Positions 25,901-32,000 of a DNA stretch of 32,000 bases are shown here, in pieces. Within the stretch, counting starts at the first letter, position 1. Every line of letters begins with the position of its first letter. The position numbers and the translations under genes are program-made. Source of the stretch: Planctopirus limnophila DSM 3776 (lineage in GTDB: Bacteria > Planctomycetota > Planctomycetia > Planctomycetales > Planctomycetaceae); the NCBI RefSeq assembly GCF_000092105.1, contig NC_014148.1, forward strand, positions 2,520,001 to 2,552,000, given 5' to 3'. The notes below the pieces were generated by a model. The model searched no databases. It was not told the origin of the DNA and saw only the letters and a program-made list of their open reading frames with translations.

Positions 25901-27305
25901 AGGTGGGATAGGAAATCTCTGGGGGTGCAGCAAAGATCGTCGCTTCAAACGATGGTGGTACTTTGACCCCACTGAGCAGAGGATCTCCCGACACGGCTTT
26001 GGGTTTAAGATCAATCACCGCATCGACCGTCTGCTCAATCATTTTTCCCGAGTGAACTTCGAATTCCCAGAAGCTCCCCCATCCCCCATGAGTGCTGCCC
26101 AGATAGACCAGTCGCACATGCCTGACCTGATCTTCAGTCACTTGGTAGCTGGCATCACTGCCGAGAACAGCCTTTTGGCTCTGATCAATCAGAGGTGCCC
26201 ACACCTTCCCATCGACCGAAGTCTCGACTCGAAACTTGTAGCCCCCTTCGGGACTTTCCCAGACAATACGGATACCTGCAATCGATTTTGGCTCTCCCAG
26301 ATCGACTTGCCACGTGTAATCAGACCCGCCATTCGGAGCACACCAGCGTGTCTCTTCATCACCGTCGACAGCAAACTTCGGATCACGTTCTGCCTGCGAA
26401 CCAGAGGCTGTGGCAGTCTTCCCCAAGGCCAGATTCTCTGGCACTTTGATCACTCGGGGCGAGGCTTGCGAGATCAGGTAATCATCATTCAGCTTATCGG
26501 CTGACCACAGGAGTCCCCGAGTCACATAATTGAGAAACACGGGATCCTGCATTTCTTCGGCATAGTGTCCCACCGTTGTGCCAAAGACACGAGTTTTCTT
26601 GTCGCCATATTCATTGACCCAGATGACACATTCGTCTTTTTTGGCAGAGCTTTTGCCGTAGGCCAATGGAGTTGTGGTCTCACCTATTTTGGCGATGTTG
26701 TACAGTTCACCCTTGGGAGTCATCCACTTGTTACCAAACCCCTTCATGATGGGATGTTCTGGTACGGCATTGACGACCTCAAAGGCATAGTGAGCGCCAT
26801 GCCCGTGAGATGTCACTCCCAGAAACTTGAACCACTCATCGGTTTTATCGCGGTAGCAGTGCATGGCACAGTGAATCACCACCGCCGGCAGACCGGCCTT
26901 ATGCGGTGCCAGAATCTTCTGTGTCCAACTCGCATCAGGGATGTCGGCAAAGCACTCGTTATGAACGACGACGTCAAAGCCCTTAGCCCAGTCGGGATTT
27001 TCATAAAGCGGAATCTTGGCATTGGTGCTGCTGCCCCCCTGATGGACAATCTCCCATTGCACATTCGCGCGGGCCGAGATGCCTTCGGTCAGAATCTTTT
27101 TCTGGCGCTGGTAGTCGTGGCAGCAACCCCCTGTGACCAACAAAGCCTTGAGAGTTTTGGCAGCTTTGGGTGCGGTCGTCGGGGGGATTTCCTCGGCTAA
27201 GGCGCATCCCCTGGATGTCTGATATTGATTGGCATCAAGGGCCATCGCCACAATCAGAATGGAAAGCGCCCAGCAGAAAGTTTTTCTCATCACGTTGTTC
27301 ATCAA
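22983..27305 (-). CDS. giant secreted multidomain protein: ThuA-like + F5/8 type C (discoidin) + glucose/sorbosone-dehydrogenase-like beta-propeller + HEAT repeats + C-terminal c-type cytochrome (PVC-type membrane-bound dehydrogenase / heme-binding family)
   Basis: 1440 aa with signal peptide MRKTFCWALSILIVAMALDA. ThuA-like block: KALLVTGGCCHDY...VVIHCAMHCY. Discoidin-like block: AVDGDEETRWCAP...WQVDLG. Propeller blocks: DGxLYV, GDGKADE and GADHTTNG. A long helical repeat region follows. The heme motif CVACH lies at 23340-23354 with a distal Met (MMPV). Confidence 0.9.
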   Translation of the reverse strand: MMNNVMRKTFCWALSILIVAMALDANQYQTSRGCALAEEIPPTTAPKAAKTLKALLVTGGCCHDYQRQKKILTEGISARANVQWEIVHQGGSSTNAKIPLYENPDWAKGFDVVVHNECFADIPDASWTQKILAPHKAGLPAVVIHCAMHCYRDKTDEWFKFLGVTSHGHGAHYAFEVVNAVPEHPIMKGFGNKWMTPKGELYNIAKIGETTTPLAYGKSSAKKDECVIWVNEYGDKKTRVFGTTVGHYAEEMQDPVFLNYVTRGLLWSADKLNDDYLISQASPRVIKVPENLALGKTATASGSQAERDPKFAVDGDEETRWCAPNGGSDYTWQVDLGEPKSIAGIRIVWESPEGGYKFRVETSVDGKVWAPLIDQSQKAVLGSDASYQVTEDQVRHVRLVYLGSTHGGWGSFWEFEVHSGKMIEQTVDAVIDLKPKAVSGDPLLSGVKVPPSFEATIFAAPPEISYPTCLTTSPDGLVFVGVDLNGSLGAKPQKGKIVRCRDTNGDGKADEFITFCELDSPRGLVWDDGTLYVQHPPFVTAFHDRDGDGKSEKSEVLVDGIGFDLKFRGADHTTNGMQMGIDGYLYIAVGDYGFYEAKTKDGKTLQLHGGGVVRVKPDGTDLEIVSRGQRNIYDVAIDPEMNLLTRDNTNDGGGWNVRLSHVVPFGNYGYPSQFINFPEDRIDCLADFGGGSPCGSVYIDDPALPSPLGRSFYTCDWGRSIIFRHPLTPAGSTFKVEQEPFVHVPRPTDMEIDASGKIYIASWKNGGFDFDKPDVGYVLLLTPRGTQRSEQSLDFSKLSMKELVTLVGHEQGVTRLAAQRELLRRPEASQQVTALKNLALQVGSVPRTGRLAAVFTLGQIDTIEAVKALEEIYAKEDCQEAVLLALGDSPKANQGFVVAGLSSNNPRVVRAALTAIGRQQWTAAAPQLIPVLANDDAVVAHVAKEVLVSLRPIEVIVNALGTNDPQVFAGVIDVAKRLHDPRIVNRLLELVSSGTEQQQQLVRTALCRLHFQEAPWDKKWWGTRPDTTGPYFKPVTWSQSDQIRTALEAALEADSGDTLKHLVKELRRHRVPSPRIVPALLKLAQSDRNFYSQAILLLASTDDRTSPTLDLLSTAALSESNDWATRSAAIRGLMTRLPDPQAAKGLLATFGRTVPSDELPNDQVSLWTEYLQDARHAEIVPLLTERAFDAQAGEQEVAWSVLLSLVEASRTPAAVRDQILATFQRAYASPQYTVQLLKAVARTQAESQAIQVRQFTTNENGAIAAAARFASEKMELDRPVDPNEPLVGTLSMEDVVAGLEKHKGDAKLGARLFKRQGCVACHSVSSKETIKGPLLAGITARYNRAELTESIILPSKKIAQGFETQSFLLTDGRTLSGFVTREGGDDLELRSITGVPTVVQKADIDERTRLELSMMPVDLVSKLTVKDLASLMAYLESIKQ

Positions 27306-27365
27306 GCCAGATACCCCTCAAAAGATCAATACCACGTCATACTGCAAGTGCCGATGCTCAAGCAG

Positions 27366-27382
27366 ATTTGCAGGATGCAAAT
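27366..27382. promoter_or_regulatory. perfect palindrome ATTTGCA-gga-TGCAAAT (candidate operator)
   Basis: Read directly. It lies 61-77 nt upstream of the giant gene start codon (27305, minus strand), in the divergent intergenic region shared with the GntR regulator. Confidence 0.25.
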
Positions 27383-27703
27383 TCTCGCTGGAAGCAGTCC
27401 CAGTGATCATCAGAAGAGAGTCCTGCATCGAAGCCTTTAAGATAGTGTTTTCTTCACTCAGAGGCGAGAGTCTTCTTGAAGTCACATCCAACCGATACAG
27501 CGTGCCTGAGGCTCAGGGGGCTGATCAAACGAAGCTCACATCACCTCCGGGGTGTTCATTGCTTTTGTTTTGTACCCGAAGTCAAGCCCGCGAAAGCTGT
27601 GGATTTGTCACTGATTGCACGATACTTTTCTGAAAACACTGACTTGAATTGAACGTTCTGAATGCTTCTGGATCACTGTGATTGAATCTGAAGGTTGTGT
27701 TAT

Positions 27704-27745
27704 TGTCAGCGAGTTGTGGTTAAACTTCTTTAACAACAACTGACA
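27704..27745. promoter_or_regulatory. long imperfect palindrome TGTCA-gcga-GTTGTGGTTAAA-cttc-TTTAACAACAAC-TGACA (candidate operator or hairpin)
   Basis: Read directly. The core arms match 11/12 and are flanked by outer TGTCA/TGACA arms. It lies about 100 nt upstream of the GntR ATG at 27842. Confidence 0.3.
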
Positions 27746-27841
27746 GAAGAAATTATCCAGATTTTGACCTGTCTGTTACTCCTGTCCACGTTTAGCATCC
27801 CGTCGATCATCTCCAATCGATTATCCAGACATGAGGCCGAT

Positions 27842-28864
27842 ATGAGCCTGGCAAACTATATTGAACGCGACATTGAATCGAGAATCCGCAATCACCGAGA
27901 ATTGCCCTGCGCTATGACATTGCAGTGCCTGGCAACGCATTACAACGTCAGTTTGACACCCGTACGAGAAGCGACGGAGTCATTGTTGCAGCGCGGGTTG
28001 CTTGTCAAAATGGGAAACCGCCGATTGGCAGTCAGCAGTCACCTGGCCGATGTGCCACTGGATTCCGAAGATCATCTCGCACCGCCCCCACCCATTGACT
28101 GGGATCAGGTTATCACGCGCCATATTCTCCTGCTGAGTTTGCGTGGCGATGCGATTTTCATGCGTGAAGAAGCTTTAGCCGAGCGACTCGAAATTGGCCG
28201 AACATTACTCAGGCAAGTCTTCAGCCGCCTTGCGGGTGCTGGCATTATTGATCATGTCCCCCGCCGGGGATGGCGGGTTCGACCTCTGAACGAAGCCGAC
28301 CTGGCTGCCTATCTGGATGTCCGCGTCACTCTGGAAAAACGGGCTCTTGAACTCGCCATTCCGCGACTGGTGAAGGCCGATCTGGAGACAATGCTGGCTG
28401 GCAACTTGCCACTGGATGGATCTTCAACGCCCCGGCTCGACAATCAATTGCACCAGTATTTTATCGAGAAAAGTGAGAATCGCTACATCCGGGATTTCTT
28501 CGCCAGACACGGCGGATACTACCGGGCACTTTTCGATTACGCCGCTCTGGGAGCTGACGTGATTGCAGAAATGGCGACTCAGCACAGACAGATTCTTTCG
28601 GATCTGATCAAGGGTGAAAACGAACGGGCAATTTCAGGGCTGGCCGAGCATATCCGCAGTCAGCAGCCAGCGGTGAAGCAAGTCATTAGCCATCTGGAAT
28701 CCCAGGCGCTGAAAATGGAGAAAACGCAAGGTTTCTCACCGATTTCATCATTCAGGGAACAACCTGGAAATCAACGTACGGAAGTTGCCGAGGCGGAAGC
28801 TGATTCCGTCTTAGAGACGAGCAGCCAGAGATCTCCGGACTATCAACAGACATACACCGAATAG
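27842..28864 (+). CDS. GntR/FadR-type (FCD domain) transcriptional regulator with duplicated N-terminal winged-HTH
   Basis: Lies in ORF 27764..28864 (the track start is TTG) with an ATG at 27842. wHTH-1 is LQCLATHYNVSLTPVREATESLLQRGLLVKMGNRRLAV. wHTH-2 is EEALAERLEIGRTLLRQVFSRLAGAGIIDHVPRRGWRV. An FCD-like helical domain (DVRVTLEKRALELAI...) follows, then an acidic/polar tail. Confidence 0.82.
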   Translation: MSLANYIERDIESRIRNHRELPCAMTLQCLATHYNVSLTPVREATESLLQRGLLVKMGNRRLAVSSHLADVPLDSEDHLAPPPPIDWDQVITRHILLLSLRGDAIFMREEALAERLEIGRTLLRQVFSRLAGAGIIDHVPRRGWRVRPLNEADLAAYLDVRVTLEKRALELAIPRLVKADLETMLAGNLPLDGSSTPRLDNQLHQYFIEKSENRYIRDFFARHGGYYRALFDYAALGADVIAEMATQHRQILSDLIKGENERAISGLAEHIRSQQPAVKQVISHLESQALKMEKTQGFSPISSFREQPGNQRTEVAEAEADSVLETSSQRSPDYQQTYTE

Positions 28865-28906
28865 GAGCATGGTGATGGCCCATGATTCTGGCAGGATCAT
28901 CACAAG

Positions 28907-29662
28907 TTAGGTGGCTCTGGAATGACTTGCCCATCTCTGGGCCGAAATAAAGTTTTCGAGCTTCAATGTTCCAAGGACGAGGCTGGAGACACTCTTTTCA
29001 CGAGCGACAAACTCGACAGCCAATTGAGGATCAAGCTGCCCGGAAGCCAGCCCTTTTTTGACGAGCACGATGAGCCCGGCCTCATGAGCCTCTCGCATGA
29101 CATCCAGATGACTGACATTCTGCTGATGGAATTCCACCATCAGTGCATCAGCCCAACCAAGTGCCAACTTCGCTCCGGCAGGAGTCTTGCCCGAGAGTCC
29201 GATACGCAGGACATCACCTTGCTCTCGAAATCTGCACAGCGTTTCAACCACGGGCGTTTGAGTCAAAAGCTCTTCATCGTTGCCGGGTGAGTGAATCAGC
29301 ACCAGATCAAGAGCATCCGTCTGGAGACGACGAAGACTTTGTTCGATCGACCGCTCAACCGCTTGCTGCGAAAAGTCATAGTTTGAAATACCAGCAGCAA
29401 AAGATTCGCCAACTTTTGTCGAGAGGAGAAATTCCTTCCGGCGATGAGCCAGATGCCTGCCGATGCGCTCTTCACTCAGCCCGTAGGCAGGTGCCGTATC
29501 GATGGCCTGGCAACCATGATCCAGCAGTTCATTCAACAATCGGCTAGCCGCTGCGTCGTCGGGGAGATCATATCCTTGCGGATACTTCGCTCCTTCATTG
29601 CGTCCGAGCTTAAACGCACCAAAGCTGATTAATGGCCACGACAATGGCTGATCAGGCAACAT
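28907..29662 (-). CDS. aldo/keto reductase family oxidoreductase
   Basis: 251 aa. GCQAIDTAPAYGLSEERIG, LSTKVG and LDLVLIHSP are AKR family blocks. Its start overlaps the stop of the upstream FAD gene by 11 nt. Confidence 0.82.
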   Translation of the reverse strand: MLPDQPLSWPLISFGAFKLGRNEGAKYPQGYDLPDDAAASRLLNELLDHGCQAIDTAPAYGLSEERIGRHLAHRRKEFLLSTKVGESFAAGISNYDFSQQAVERSIEQSLRRLQTDALDLVLIHSPGNDEELLTQTPVVETLCRFREQGDVLRIGLSGKTPAGAKLALGWADALMVEFHQQNVSHLDVMREAHEAGLIVLVKKGLASGQLDPQLAVEFVAREKSVSSLVLGTLKLENFISAQRWASHSRAT

Positions 29663-30875
29663 GACGCACCGGCGACGATACGGGATAATCCAGCCAATCA
29701 GACTGCGACTCCCAGATGGGTTTCGCCACTAAAGGTCGCTGCCAGTCTGCCAGAGAAGAGGGGTCAAAGCGATGCTCGGGCTCGTGAGATTGAATCGCCT
29801 GCGACAACTCTTCAGCCAGGACAGGAGCTAGCACCAGTTTGGTTGGCCAGCCTGTGGTCACATTCCCTGCAAAGAGCAACTGAATATTCTCAGGACGTGC
29901 ACCGCCAGAAACTGCCCCTTCAGCACGATCAACACGATACGTGGACCACTGCGTGTTTTTGAGCGAAACACCGGGGAGAACATCTGTGATTTCCGAGATT
30001 GCGTGAGCCACCAGATCGACGGGCTCCATACCCACACCATCTTCGGCCACCTGCCCACCAATCTGCCAGACACACTCCCCCTGAGAAGTAAGGTCAGAGG
30101 TGATTGTCACCCGGGTTTTCGCGCCATCCACACAATGTCCATTAAGTTCCGGTAAGTCGCCGCGTGCCAGCACCATGTGCAAGGGGCGCCTCTGCATTGC
30201 CGAAGTTGACAATCCGGCACGTGCCCGAAGTTCGGCATTGCCAGCACCGGCAGTCAGCACCACATGCCCGGGCCTCAAACGCAATTCTTTTCCCGATTGC
30301 GGATCAACCACGCGGATGGCTTTAATCTCTCCGGGAGAATCAAGTTCAAATTCTAAATGATCAGTATCGCACTTCAGGATTCGATCCCGGTACTGATGGA
30401 AGAGATCCTGAATCATCGAACAGGGAGAAATCACCTGCTCACCCAGACGAGCCACACCACCAGGTACCTGCGCCAGGCAATCCGGCCTCTCATTAGCTGC
30501 GAGTTTTTCGGGAGTCACAGCCAGACCCACTCGGGCTCCGAGCATACCGACTCTCGATGAAAGGCTCTGCGTATGCCACAGGTAACAAAATTCGCTGCGA
30601 ATGGTCGTGTTTTTCAGCGAAGGTAAGCCGGGAGCCCCTTGAAGAGCTTTTCGCCAGATACCGGGCATCTCACGAATCTGACTCGCTGATCGAGTCAAAA
30701 TGCCCTGCAAAGTGTACTTCAGACCGCCATGCAGAATTCCCTGAGAGGCAATCGTCTGACCCGACCCCAGTTCATGGGCTTCAAAAAGGACCACGTGCTG
30801 CCCTCTTCGCGAGAGCACATCCAGCAGCCACAGGCCTGCAACACCGCCCCCAAAAATGACTGTATCCAGCTTCAT
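29652..30875 (-). CDS. FAD-dependent oxidoreductase (DAO / GlpD-like)
   Basis: The ORF runs to 31184, but the ATG at 30875 places the dinucleotide-binding motif at the N-terminus (MKLDTVIFGGGVAGLWLLDVL...VVLFE). SQGILHGGLKY resembles the GlpD SxxLIHGGLRY block. Confidence 0.8.
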   Translation of the reverse strand: MKLDTVIFGGGVAGLWLLDVLSRRGQHVVLFEAHELGSGQTIASQGILHGGLKYTLQGILTRSASQIREMPGIWRKALQGAPGLPSLKNTTIRSEFCYLWHTQSLSSRVGMLGARVGLAVTPEKLAANERPDCLAQVPGGVARLGEQVISPCSMIQDLFHQYRDRILKCDTDHLEFELDSPGEIKAIRVVDPQSGKELRLRPGHVVLTAGAGNAELRARAGLSTSAMQRRPLHMVLARGDLPELNGHCVDGAKTRVTITSDLTSQGECVWQIGGQVAEDGVGMEPVDLVAHAISEITDVLPGVSLKNTQWSTYRVDRAEGAVSGGARPENIQLLFAGNVTTGWPTKLVLAPVLAEELSQAIQSHEPEHRFDPSSLADWQRPLVAKPIWESQSDWLDYPVSSPVRHVA

Positions 30876-31192
30876 CACCACGCTCCGCGTGCCACGACCG
30901 TCTCCCAGACGGATCTCAATATGTTCAGTTGTAATCACTTTCCCAAAATGTGCAAAGATCGAACATCGCTGACGGAAATGCCATTTCAGTGGCCAGCAGC
31001 GCACCTCAATGAATCTGAGGAATACTTCCCGACTCTCGATACGACTCTGACAACTTCCCATGCGTGTTACGCCCGGAATGGCTATGATGTGTGCGTCAGT
31101 TATGATCGAACCAGTTGACGGGATGAACAGAATTTTTAATCGACCGGGCAAAGCGATTGCCTGTGACTCTCCAGATATGGACAAACTCTTCC

Positions 31193-32000
31193 ATGGCGAA
31201 ATGTCTCGTAACGGGTGGCGCCGGCTTCATTGGCAGCCACATGACCAGAGCGTTATTGAATGCCGGGCACGATGTCACCATTCTCGACAATCTTTCGACC
31301 GGGCAGGAAGTGAATCTACGCCCGTTTCGGGACCATCCGCGATTCAAGCTGACCATTGGTTCGATTACCGATTCTGTGCTCCTCTCCGAAGTCATGCTCG
31401 GCCAGGAGATTGTCTTTCATCTGGCAGCTGCCGTGGGAGTCAAACTGGTCGCTGATGACCCGGTTCGCACGATTCAGACCAATATCTACCCGACTGAGGA
31501 GTTACTTCGGCTGGCGGTTCAGAACCGATGCCGGGTCTTTATGGCTTCCACCAGTGAAGTCTATGGCAAGAACCCTAAAGAGCGTTGGACCGAAGAAGAC
31601 GATCTCCAGTTCGGCCCCACCTCCAAACCACGCTGGGCTTATGGCTGCTCTAAGGCGATTGATGAATTTCTCTCGCTGGCTTACCACCGAAAGTACGACC
31701 TGCCTGTCGTGATTGGCCGTTTTTTTAACGTCGTTGGGCCGCATCAGATTGGGCATTATGGCATGGTTGTCCCACGCTTTGTCGATCAGGCACTCAAGGG
31801 TGGCCCGATTGTCATTTATGACGATGGTTCACAGGTTCGCTGTTTTGGCCATGTTGAAGAAGTGGTTCGCAGCGTGATCGATTTAATGCACACGCCGGCA
31901 GCCTTCGGGAAAGTTTTCAATATCGGTAGCGATCAGCCAGTGAGTGTTCGTCAGCTGGCGGAAAGAGTGATCGCCCTTGTCGGACGGCCTTGCGAAATCA
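31193..32000 (+). CDS. NAD-dependent epimerase/dehydratase (extended SDR), 3'-truncated by the window end
   Basis: Not in the track because no stop lies within the window. My translation from the ATG at 31193 reads [38 protein letters not shown]...STSEVYG...YGCSKAIDE...RFFNVVGP. This shows the Rossmann GxxGxxG and the catalytic YxxxK. The frame stays open to position 32000. Confidence 0.85.
   Translation, partial: MAKCLVTGGAGFIGSHMTRALLNAGHDVTILDNLSTGQEVNLRPFRDHPRFKLTIGSITDSVLLSEVMLGQEIVFHLAAAVGVKLVADDPVRTIQTNIYPTEELLRLAVQNRCRVFMASTSEVYGKNPKERWTEEDDLQFGPTSKPRWAYGCSKAIDEFLSLAYHRKYDLPVVIGRFFNVVGPHQIGHYGMVVPRFVDQALKGGPIVIYDDGSQVRCFGHVEEVVRSVIDLMHTPAAFGKVFNIGSDQPVSVRQLAERVIALVGRPCEI

Noticed and set aside
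25323-27200. Plus-strand ORFs of 177, 150 and 211 aa inside the giant gene
   Set aside because: These are antisense shadow ORFs within a continuous, domain-rich 1440-aa frame. They carry no independent signals.
1-32000. CRISPR arrays, tRNA/rRNA genes, known riboswitches
   Set aside because: No spaced direct repeats of 25-40 nt are present, and no tRNA T-loop/acceptor patterns or rRNA-like segments were recognised. The only tandem repeat is the 7-nt unit at 15542-15609, which has no spacers.

Overview
This 32 kb window looks like a chromosomal segment from a Planctomycetota/PVC-type genome. That assignment is inferred from gene content: a giant ThuA/discoidin/beta-propeller/HEAT/cytochrome-c fusion protein, many signal-peptide orphan proteins and a zinc-ribbon/TM protein. 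No rRNA or tRNA is present to anchor taxonomy. Most of the window is ordinary housekeeping. I can support pilT, a class I SAM methyltransferase, an ASCH protein, a class IV aminotransferase, argH, queC-queE, a rhomboid protease, a Maf/YceF pyrophosphatase, an M3 oligoendopeptidase and an MFS transporter. There is also a putative sugar-oxidation neighbourhood: the giant heme-binding dehydrogenase fusion, a divergent GntR/FCD regulator, an overlapping FAD-oxidoreductase/aldo-keto-reductase pair and a 3'-truncated SDR epimerase/dehydratase. The least ordinary part is about 10.56-15.73 kb. It holds a same-strand array of unrecognisable orphan genes with sharply mosaic base composition. A roughly 90-nt GC-rich hairpin element bounds one side. 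A perfect heptanucleotide tandem repeat, (CCAACTC)7(CCAACCC)2, bounds the other; it sits in a divergent promoter region and its opposite strand is a telomere-like G-quadruplex motif. I found no CRISPR array, integrase, transposase, tRNA or rRNA. I cannot assign a function to the orphan array, so any 'novel system' claim is a hypothesis, not a demonstration.
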